Shown piece by piece: positions 1-8,757 of a stretch of 64,000 bases of DNA. The DNA lies in NCBI GenBank assembly GCA_027923505.1, contig BROI01000011.1, forward strand, positions 1 to 64,000, in the 5' to 3' direction. The stretch comes from Mayamaea pseudoterrestris (taxonomy: Eukaryota). Within the stretch, counting starts at the first letter, position 1, and each line of letters begins with the position of its first letter. A program made the translations under genes and the position numbers. The notes below the pieces were generated by a model, which was not told the origin of the DNA, made no database searches, and was given only the letters and a program-made list of their open reading frames with translations.

Positions 1-168
1 CCTAGCCTAACCCTAACCCTAACCCTAACCCTAACCCTAACCCTAACCCTAACCCTAACCCTAACCCTAACCCTAACCCTAACCCTAACCCTAACCCTAA
101 CCCTAACCCTAACCCTAACCCTAACCCTAACCCTAACCCTAACCCTAACCCTAACCCTAACCCTAACC
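1..168 (+). repeat. Telomeric repeat array (CCCTAA)n, C-rich strand, left chromosome end
   Basis: 26 perfect CCCTAA units at 11-166, preceded by the variant CCTAGCCTAA at the window start. Confidence 0.98.
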
Positions 169-169
169 T

Positions 170-2219
170 GACCATTCCATGCTTTAGGCCTCCAGGCAGT
201 CCGTTTTGTACCATGTCAGACCATCCTCATGTCCATGGCACACCCTGGACATGTTTTGTTTGACTCCTTGGGTTGTTGGGTGATCAGGGGACGGGGCATT
301 GTAGTGCTATGATTCCATAATTTGCGGTGTTGGCCACACCCATTTTGCAGATGGTGTAGGCTTTCAGGCAGTCCGTTTTGCACCATTTCAGCCCATCCTC
401 ATGTCAATGGCACACCCTGGACATGTTTTGCCTGACTCATTGGGTTGTTGGGTGGCCAGGGCATGGGGCATTGTAGTGGTATGATTCCTTAATTTGGGGT
501 GTTGGCCACACCCATCTTGTAGACCATTCCATGCTGTAGGCCTCCAGGCAGTCCGTTTTGTACCATGTCAGACCATCCTCATGTCAATGGCACACCCTGG
601 ACATGTTTTGCATGACTCATTGGGTTGTTGGGTGATCAGGGGACGGGGCATTGTAGTGGTATGATTCCATAATTTGCGGTGTTGGCCACACCCATTTTGC
701 AGATGGTGTAGGCCTCCAGGCAGTCCGTTTTGCACCATTTCAGCCCATCCTCATGTCAATGGCACACCCTGGACATGTTTTGCCTGACTCATTGGGTTGT
801 TGGGTGGCCAGGGCATGGGGCATTGTAGTGGTATGATTCCATAATTTGGGGTGTTGGCCACACCCATCTTGTAGACCATTCCATGCTGTAGGCCTCCAGG
901 CAGTCCGTTTTGTACCATGTCAGACCATCCTCATGTCAATGGCACACCCTGGACATGTTTTGCATGACTCATTGGGTTGTTGGGTGATCAGGGGACGGGG
1001 CATTGTAGTGGTATGATTCCATAATTTGCGGTGTTGGCCACACACAATTTGCAGATGGTGTAGGCCTCCAGGCAGTCCGTTTTGCACCATTTCAGCCCAT
1101 CCTCATGTCAATGGCACACCCTGGACATGTTTTGCCTGACTCATTGGGTTGTTGGGTGGCCAGGGCATGGGGCATTGTAGTGGTATGATTCCATAGTTTG
1201 GGGTGTTGGCCACACCCATCTTGTAGACCATTCCATGCTGTAGGCCTCCAGGCAGTCCGTTTTGTACCATGTCAGACCATCCTCATGTCAATGGCACACC
1301 CTGGACATGTTTTGCATGACTCATTGGGTTGTTGGGTGATCAGGGGACGGGGCATTGTAGTGGTATGATTCCATAATTTGCGGTGTTGGCCACACCCATT
1401 TTTCAGATGGTGTAGGCCTCCAGGCAGTCCGTTTTGCACCATTTCAGCCCATCCTCATGTCAATGGCACACCCTGGACATGTTTTGCCTGACTCATTGGG
1501 TTGTTGGGTGGTCAGGGCATGGGGCATTGTAGTGGTATGATTCCATAATTTGGGGTGTTGGCCACACCCATCTTGTAGACCATTCCATGCTGTAGGCCTC
1601 CAGGCAGTCCGTTTTGTACCATGTCAGCCCATCCTCATGTCAATGGCACACCCTGGACATGTTTTGCCTGACTCATTGGGTTGTTGGGTGGCCAGGGCAT
1701 GGGGCATTGTAGTGGTATGATTCCATAATTTGGGGTGTTGGCCACACCCATCTTGTAGACCATTCCATGCTGTAGGCCTCCAGGCAGACCGTTTTGTACC
1801 ATGTCAGACCATCCTCATGTCAATGGCACACCCTGGACATGTTTTGCATGACTCATTGGGTTGTTGGGTGATCAGGGGACGGGGCATAGTAGTGGTATGA
1901 TTCCATAATTTGCGGTGTTGGCCACACCCATTTTGCAGATGGTGTAGGCCTCCAGGCAGTCCGTTTTGCACCATTTCAGCCCATCCTCATGTCAATGGCA
2001 CACCCTGGACATGTTTTGCCTGACTCATTGGGTTGTTGGGTGGCCAGGGCATGGGGCATTGTAGTGGTATGATTCCATAATTTGGGGTGTTGGCCACACC
2101 CATCTTGTAGACCATTCCATGCTGTAGGCCTCCAGGCAGTCCGTTTTATACCATGTCAGACCATCCTCATGTCAATGGCACACCCTGGACATGTTTTGCA
2201 TGACTCATTGGGTTGTTGG
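170..2219 (+). repeat. Subtelomeric satellite I, distal block (~11.5 monomers of 172/180 bp, mostly alternating as a 352-bp dimer)
   Basis: GGCCTCCAGG recurs at 539, 711, 891, 1063 and 1243 (spacings 172, 180, 172, 180); monomers are near-identical. Confidence 0.97.
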
Positions 2220-2548
2220 TGACACAATATTATTGAGTTGAGTTGACCTGCGTCTTATGACAAGACGGTTAGCTACCTGTGTTTTGTATGCATTTAATCC
2301 TGTGCAGGGTTGAGTCACACTTGTGACCGAATCCTCACATACATGAGTGAAATCGCTGACGATCGAGGCGTGAACCTCGACCGTGAACCCAGTGAGAACG
2401 AGAAGGAAGCGCACGAGTAGAGTAGCGAGTAACATGCACTATTCTAGCAATTGAGTTTGTTTGTTTGCTTTACGCTGGACGAAGAGGTTGATCGCTCCGA
2501 GTCCATTGTAGTCGCTGGAATAAAGGTTCGTCTGATATTATCGTGTCA
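2220..2548 (+). repeat. 5' LTR (329 bp)
   Basis: Starts TGACAC and ends GTGTCA (terminal inverted repeat); 2220-2414 matches 8563-8757 at 194/195; AATAAA at 2519-2524. Confidence 0.9.
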
Positions 2549-2563
2549 GATTAACAGTCTTGC
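2549..2563 (+). promoter_or_regulatory. Putative primer-binding site complementary to a tRNA-Asn(GUU) anticodon arm
   Basis: GATTAACAGTCTTGC directly abuts the LTR end; its reverse complement GCAAGA-CTGTTAA-TC reads as an anticodon stem plus CU-GUU-AA loop. Confidence 0.6.
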
Positions 2564-2767
2564 TAGCTTGTCTTGACCTGAGAGAGCTGTGCGAAAGAGA
2601 GAGAGTGAAAGAATCGAGAAATTGAGAGAGAAAGAGCAGATTCCTTGCGGCGTCGTCAATCCGAATACTTGACACGAGCGCGTAGAACAGGATCGTATAA
2701 GGCTCGACTGCATTGAGAGCGGTTGTTGTGTAAGAAAGGACTTGCGGAAAGCGAGGTATTCACTATC

Positions 2768-4249
2768 ATGGTTGCGATTACTGCGGAAGCTTTGCAGCTT
2801 CTCTGCACGAACGTTTTCGGACGAGACATCCAAGAAGCGTTCTTGTTTTGGAATGTAACCACCACTACCCAGATGTTGAGATTGACCAAGGAGCAACTTG
2901 AAGCCCCCTACTGGGTCGACAGAGCCGCCATCCAAGCTGGCGTTGGACAACCTGAAGGCGCGCAACCCGACGATGCGCCCGGCGACGAGCCGGCCGAGGA
3001 ACCGGCCGAGGAACAAGCAGCCGCCGCCCCAGAACGATACGAAACGACACTAGCACCAGTCTACGTGAACCTTGTCCTCGATGCATGCGAATGGTTTACC
3101 ATGCACGACGGACCCCCGAACACCAAGAAGTGGGCGTTGCTTGATTTAGGCAAGCTCGAGCGATACCAAGCGATTCTCGCGGAACAAGAAATCGCGCGGA
3201 AGCGTGAAGAAGGATACTATGTACTCGAGTCCAAGAAGAAGCAAGCCGAGCTACTTGCCAAGCAACTCGAAAATGAGACCATCAAGGCTGAGAAGGCCGA
3301 AAAGGAAGAAGATGCCAAGGGTCGTTTCTCGAACCTCAAGACGAAACGAGACTATAAGGACTACAAAACGTTCCAACATCCCCACGCGTGGTTGAGTTGG
3401 AGCGCGTCTACCAAGGCAATCGCCAAGCTCCATGGCTGTTCTAACGTGCTCGACAGCAAGTACGTACCAGTCACGGAAGAAGAGAAATTAGAATTCGAGA
3501 ATCAGCAAGTCTTCATGTACACTGCGTTTCGCAATTGTCTCGAAGTCCCTGGACACCAGTCGCTCCTGATGAAGTACGGCGACAAGTCTGACGCTCAAGG
3601 CGTCTATCGCGAACTCGCGACCAAGTTTGGTTCCGGCGAGTTAGCTACCATCCAAGCGAACGAACTGCAAGCCAAGCTTGCGACGATTCGCCTAGATTCG
3701 ACCTGGACGAAAGGACACTACAAGTTCCTAAACTACATCGAACAGCTCATGAAGAATCTCGAAGAGTTCCGTCCTGGAGTGACGGATGACAAGAAAAAGT
3801 ACTACTGGCTCCGAGCTGCAGTGGAAGGCGACGAAGAATTCGGCCCCACATGCACGACGTTCGACCAGCACTTGCAATTTGAACGACGACGCATCATCAG
3901 TGCAAATGGTGACCCAGACGCCGTCGTGACGGAAGATTATGACTGTCTTTTCGACATGTTGTCGCAGCAGGCTCTGCGCGTCGACAACAAGAACGCCAAG
4001 TTGAATAAGGGCAAGAAGAACGCCGACCGCCAAGCGAACAACGCGAACACTTCCGGACAAGGACGTGGTAATGGACGCGGTTCCGGTCGTGGCGGAGGAC
4101 GCGGCGGCCAAGGCGGACGCGGCGGTGGACGAGACGGTGGACGCGGTTCCCAAGTGAGCCGTGGTTCCGGAGGACGAGGCGCTTCCGCAACCAGCCACTA
4201 CCAGCCGGTACGCCAAAAGCGCATCGAATCGATCCTGGTGATTATCTGA
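2768..4249 (+). CDS. gag: Copia Gag-like protein with RGG-rich C-terminal region
   Basis: Long ORF from ATG 2768 just after the LTR/PBS; GRGGGRGGQGGRGGGR tract; frame becomes broken between about 4200 and 4610. Confidence 0.75.
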   Translation: MVAITAEALQLLCTNVFGRDIQEAFLFWNVTTTTQMLRLTKEQLEAPYWVDRAAIQAGVGQPEGAQPDDAPGDEPAEEPAEEQAAAAPERYETTLAPVYVNLVLDACEWFTMHDGPPNTKKWALLDLGKLERYQAILAEQEIARKREEGYYVLESKKKQAELLAKQLENETIKAEKAEKEEDAKGRFSNLKTKRDYKDYKTFQHPHAWLSWSASTKAIAKLHGCSNVLDSKYVPVTEEEKLEFENQQVFMYTAFRNCLEVPGHQSLLMKYGDKSDAQGVYRELATKFGSGELATIQANELQAKLATIRLDSTWTKGHYKFLNYIEQLMKNLEEFRPGVTDDKKKYYWLRAAVEGDEEFGPTCTTFDQHLQFERRRIISANGDPDAVVTEDYDCLFDMLSQQALRVDNKNAKLNKGKKNADRQANNANTSGQGRGNGRGSGRGGGRGGQGGRGGGRDGGRGSQVSRGSGGRGASATSHYQPVRQKRIESILVII

Positions 4250-4607
4250 ACTTTGAACAGTTGTTGCAGAACCCCTGGTCGTATATGTCGTACGAACGAC
4301 TCGGCGCGACAACGACGAAACCCCGCTCATGGCTCGACGCGAAGCCGTCCCAAGACCAGCCACGACAAGACGCGCGAACAATGACAAAGGCCGCGCGTAC
4401 AACGCAGACACAGCGGCTGCCGCGGTGCCTGGTACAATCCTGTATCGGATGATGCTGTCTCGATCGCACCGGGACGACAGCCACCAAGAGGCGCACCGGA
4501 TGACATGATTAGATCTTTCCTTGCGAACGCTGCGTCGCGCGCACTCAAGCTGCGAATAACACCCAGCAAGAGTTTATGGGAAGCGATGGGCGTCGGTACG
4601 CGCGCGA

Positions 4608-7600
4608 ATGGTATCGGTGCGCTACACTGTGAATCGAGCTCGCAGCAACGAGACCCGCCAAGGATCGCTGATTGACGGCGGTGCGAACGGTGGACTCGCT
4701 GGAAGCGATATGAGAATCTTGAGTACTACCAACCACACGTGTAACGTGACAGGTTTGAGCGACCACACGGTTCGCGACCTCCAAGTCGGAACTGGCGTCG
4801 CATTGATTGAGACTCGGACTGGACCCATTATCGGTCAGTTCAACCAGTATGCTTTGTACGACGGTGCTGAATCCATTCATGCACCATCGCAGCTTCGTTC
4901 GTTCGGCCATCTGATCGACGACGTTGCTCGCTCCCAGAATGGAACACAAGCCATTGTCACCAGTTGTGGCAAGACCATCCCCTTGGCGATCCGCGACGGT
5001 TTGCCTCGAATGGATATGCGTCCGCCGACGGACGCAGAGTTGGAAATGTATCCGACGGTCATTTTCTCTGCGGACACCCTTTGGGATCCGGCGGACTTGG
5101 ACAATGAATGGAACGAAGAAGAACTTGAGTTTAATCGTCACCTCGACGAATTGGAAGAAACCCATGGTTTCGTCGACGCCCGCATGGATGACTTCGGCGA
5201 CGCCACCTACCGGAACAACATGAATTCAGTGGAACGTGTGGTGCAGTATGTCGATCGCAATCAGGCTGATACGACGCGCCAAGCCAATGCACGACGCATA
5301 ATGCCACAAGAACCTGACTACCAAGCGCTTCGACCCTACCTTGGCTACACGCCACTTGAACGAGTCAAGCGCACCATTAAGAATACGACACAGCTTTTCC
5401 GTGCATCGGCACACACCCCATTTCGCCAACACTTTAAGTCGCGATTCCCTGCCGCCAATGTGGTTCGTTTCCATGACGATACGGCGACAGATACCTGGTT
5501 TTCCAAGGAAGCTGCCTTTAACGACGGAATCCGCGGCCATGGCGGATGCAAGATGATGCAACTGTTCGTCGGCAAGAAGAGTCTGCTGACGAGGGGATAC
5601 CCACTGAGAACCGAGAGTGACATGCCCATGGCGCTCGAAGACTTCATTCGAGACATTGGCGCTCCCGACTTGCTCATTAGCGATAACTCGCGAGTGCAGC
5701 TCGGGAAGCAAGTTGAAACCTTGTTGCGATTCTACGCGATTCGTGACCAACAGAGCGAGCCCGGATACCAGAACCAGAACCCTGCCGAGCGTCGCATCCA
5801 AGAAGTCAAGTCATCAGTCCAGAACATCATGAACCGTACGGGCGCACCCGCTGGAGCCTGGCTCCTATGCGCGCTGTACGTAATCGCCTTATTCAACAAT
5901 CTGGCGACCGAGTCCCTCAACTGGAAGACCCCTACTGAAGCCGCCTTCAACCGAGTACCCGACATTTCGCCGTTCCTGCAGTTCAAGTTCTGGGAACGAG
6001 TCCTGTACGAGGCTGGAGCCGACGAGCCGCCGACATTTCCTCACACCAAGGAAGCAGCAGGACGCTGGGTCGGCATTGCAGAGAACAAGGGTGACATCCT
6101 CACGTACCAAGTTCGATCCGATCGGACTGGAATGGTTGTCGTCCGATCCAACGTTCGTCCCTTCTCCGAAGGACGTAACCTACGCGCTGAAGCTGAAAGC
6201 GCTCCTGAACCCGAGTCCGAACGACCACTGTTCGCGGAACCTGTCTTCGACGCGCGCCCTGCGCGTGAACGAGTCCAAGTTGAAACTGTCGACGAGTTTG
6301 ACGACGAATATGACCTAGTCGGTCCGGTGTTTGAACACGACCTTACACCGACCCCAGCGCCTGATTCTGGGGGAACCGTGGATGAAGACGCATTCACGTT
6401 GGAAAGCGCTGCCGAGTTAGCCGGTCTGGATCCCGACGGACCCATGCCGTCCTTTACTCCGGCTGAACTGATGGGACGCACTGTCCTTCTTGACGAGGAA
6501 GACGGCTCCACGCGACGTTACAAGGTTATTGAGCAACTAAACGATCGCGATGAAGCCAACCACAAGATTATCAAGTTTCGATTGAGTCTCGGCGACGGCG
6601 ACGTCGACGAACTTATTACCTACAACGAACTAGCCGACCTGTGCGAACGGCAAGATTCTTTACGACTGGGGGACGATGACAACGACGATCAGTACTACAA
6701 GTTTGATTTCATTGACGGACATGAAGGTCCACTGACACAAGCCGACGCTACGTATCGCGGCTCATCCTACAACTTGCTCATCCAATGGGCAAATGGCGAG
6801 AAGACCTGGGAGCCACTCGCATTGATTATCAAGTCCGACCCTGTGACCGTTGCCGAGTATGGCAAGCGCAAGGGCATGCTGGACAAGGATGGATGGAAGC
6901 GTTTGAAGCGCATGGCAGGACGCACTAAATTGTTTAACCGCATGTGCAAGGCTGCAAAGAAGAACCGTGTCCAAGAAGCGCGTTTCAAGTTTGGCGTTCA
7001 AGTTCCTAATACCTGGAAGGAAGCGAACCGCCTCGACGCTGCTAATGGAAACACCCTGTGGGCTGACGCCGTCAAGACTGAGATGGAGCAGCTACACGAG
7101 TACGACACTTTCATCGACAAGGGCATTGGTGCCTTCATGGAAAGTGACTGGAAGCGCATCAACGCGCATCTTGTTTTCGACTGCAAGAACGATCTACGAC
7201 GTAAGGCCCGACTCGTCGCCGGGGGACATCTGACCGCTCCGCCCAAGGACTCCGCCTACTCCGGCGTTGTATCTATGCGAAGCATCCGAACCATAGCACT
7301 GTTAGCTGAACTGAACGACCTCAAGTTTTGGGCTGCCGATGTCGGTAACGCCTACCTCGAGGCCAAGACCAAGGAAAAGGTCTACATTGTTGCCGGTCCC
7401 GAGTTTGGACCATTGGAAGGCCATACCTTGGTCATCTACAAGGCACTATACGGATTGCGCACTTCTGGCGCGCGTTGGCATGAGCACTTTGCCGACACAC
7501 TCCGCGACATTGGATTCTACCCAAGCTACGCGGATCCTGACGTCTGGATGAAAGACTGTGGCACTCACTACGAGTACGTCGGCGTGTTCGTCGACGATCT

Positions 7601-8015
7601 GGCTATGGCCATGAAAGATCCACAAGCCTTCACGGACCTCCTCAAAGAGAAGTACAAGTACAAGTTGAAGGGCGTCGGCGACATCAAGTATCACCTTGGA
7701 GCCGACTTCTATCGTGATCCCGATGGAACCCTCTGCATGAGCGCAAAGACCTACGTCGGTCGCATGCTCAAGAACTACGAGACCATGTTTGGCGAGAAGC
7801 CACGCAAGCGCAAGTCACCGCTTGACGACGGGGACCACCCCGAACTTGACCTTACCGAAGAGCTGGATGCCCGTGGCATTCAACAGTACCAGTCTCTTAT
7901 CGGTGCCCTCCAGTGGGCAGTGACCCTATGTCGACTTGACATTCCTTGTACCGTGCTGACACTTGGCCGATTCCGCTGCGCTCCGCTGCCAAGCTGCGGT
8001 ACCGGACCTGATTGA
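4608..8015 (+). CDS. pol: Copia Pol: aspartic protease, integrase, chromodomain-like region, reverse transcriptase (C-terminus disrupted)
   Basis: LIDGGANGG protease; TATD...SDNS...NPAERRI integrase DDE; KARLVAGG, ADVGNAYL, KALYGL and VFVDDL RT motifs. Confidence 0.93.
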   Translation: MVSVRYTVNRARSNETRQGSLIDGGANGGLAGSDMRILSTTNHTCNVTGLSDHTVRDLQVGTGVALIETRTGPIIGQFNQYALYDGAESIHAPSQLRSFGHLIDDVARSQNGTQAIVTSCGKTIPLAIRDGLPRMDMRPPTDAELEMYPTVIFSADTLWDPADLDNEWNEEELEFNRHLDELEETHGFVDARMDDFGDATYRNNMNSVERVVQYVDRNQADTTRQANARRIMPQEPDYQALRPYLGYTPLERVKRTIKNTTQLFRASAHTPFRQHFKSRFPAANVVRFHDDTATDTWFSKEAAFNDGIRGHGGCKMMQLFVGKKSLLTRGYPLRTESDMPMALEDFIRDIGAPDLLISDNSRVQLGKQVETLLRFYAIRDQQSEPGYQNQNPAERRIQEVKSSVQNIMNRTGAPAGAWLLCALYVIALFNNLATESLNWKTPTEAAFNRVPDISPFLQFKFWERVLYEAGADEPPTFPHTKEAAGRWVGIAENKGDILTYQVRSDRTGMVVVRSNVRPFSEGRNLRAEAESAPEPESERPLFAEPVFDARPARERVQVETVDEFDDEYDLVGPVFEHDLTPTPAPDSGGTVDEDAFTLESAAELAGLDPDGPMPSFTPAELMGRTVLLDEEDGSTRRYKVIEQLNDRDEANHKIIKFRLSLGDGDVDELITYNELADLCERQDSLRLGDDDNDDQYYKFDFIDGHEGPLTQADATYRGSSYNLLIQWANGEKTWEPLALIIKSDPVTVAEYGKRKGMLDKDGWKRLKRMAGRTKLFNRMCKAAKKNRVQEARFKFGVQVPNTWKEANRLDAANGNTLWADAVKTEMEQLHEYDTFIDKGIGAFMESDWKRINAHLVFDCKNDLRRKARLVAGGHLTAPPKDSAYSGVVSMRSIRTIALLAELNDLKFWAADVGNAYLEAKTKEKVYIVAGPEFGPLEGHTLVIYKALYGLRTSGARWHEHFADTLRDIGFYPSYADPDVWMKDCGTHYEYVGVFVDDLAMAMKDPQAFTDLLKEKYKYKLKGVGDIKYHLGADFYRDPDGTLCMSAKTYVGRMLKNYETMFGEKPRKRKSPLDDGDHPELDLTEELDARGIQQYQSLIGALQWAVTLCRLDIPCTVLTLGRFRCAPLPSCGTGPD

Positions 8016-8551
8016 CCGGACCAAGCCAAGCGAAGACCCGCGGGCTCGTGCAACTAACTACCTTTATGGACGCGAACCTGTACCATGATTACACTACTGG
8101 ACGTTCCGCAATGGGAGTCCTGCATTTCCTGAACCAGACGCCCGTCGAATGGTTCTGCAAGCGTCAGAATACTGTCGAGACTGCAACGTATGGATCCGAG
8201 TTCGTCGTCGCCAAGACCGCGACGGAACAGATTATGGATTTCCGATACTCCCTACGCATGTTGGGAGTTCCTTTGAGTGGACCAGCCTGGATGTTCGGCG
8301 ACAACGAAAGTGTCAAGAAGTCGTCAACGATCCCGCACTCCACACTTTCTAAGCGACACAATGCGCTCGCCTACCATCGAGTTCGCGAGGCCATTGCAAG
8401 CAATGTTCTGTACTTTGAGCACATCTTCGGCAAGCAGAACGTCGCCGACGTTCTTACCAAGTTCTTGCCGCATGCCACGTTCCGACCCCTGATCATCCCG
8501 ATTCTTTTCTGGAAGGGTGATACGACAAACCGATCGTTGTCACAAGCCTAG
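8012..8551 (+). CDS. Copia RNase H domain (separated from RT by an apparent deletion/frameshift)
   Basis: TFMDANL, QNTVETATYGSEF, FGDN, HRVREA and NVADVLTK motifs; stop at 8549-8551. Confidence 0.9.
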   Translation: MTGPSQAKTRGLVQLTTFMDANLYHDYTTGRSAMGVLHFLNQTPVEWFCKRQNTVETATYGSEFVVAKTATEQIMDFRYSLRMLGVPLSGPAWMFGDNESVKKSSTIPHSTLSKRHNALAYHRVREAIASNVLYFEHIFGKQNVADVLTKFLPHATFRPLIIPILFWKGDTTNRSLSQA

Positions 8552-8554
8552 ATC

Positions 8555-8562
8555 AAGGGGGA
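8555..8562 (+). promoter_or_regulatory. Polypurine tract
   Basis: AAGGGGGA immediately before the TG start of the 3' LTR. Confidence 0.85.
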
Positions 8563-8757
8563 TGACACAATATTATTGAGTTGAGTTGACCTGCGTCTTA
8601 TGACAAGACGGTTAGCTACCTGTGTTTTGTATGCATTTAATCCTGTGCAGGGTTGAGTCACACTTGTGACCGAATCCTCACATACATGAGTGAAATCGCT
8701 GACGATTGAGGCGTGAACCTCGACCGTGAACCCAGTGAGAACGAGAAGGAAGCGCAC
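8563..8757 (+). repeat. 3' LTR, truncated after 195 of 329 bp
   Basis: Matches 2220-2414 except C>T at 8707, then runs into satellite II. Confidence 0.92.

Larger units (their letters stand above)
2220..8757 (+). mobile_element. Ty1/copia LTR retrotransposon (diatom CoDi-like); disrupted ORFs, 3' LTR truncated
   Basis: Two LTR copies; gag, then PR-IN-RT-RNase H in copia order; PPT before the 3' LTR. Confidence 0.95.

Noticed and set aside
2..214. Poly-(LG) ORF
   Set aside because: Translation of the telomere repeat.
170..2219. CRISPR-like regular array
   Set aside because: Tandem monomers with no unique spacers, eukaryotic context, no cas genes.
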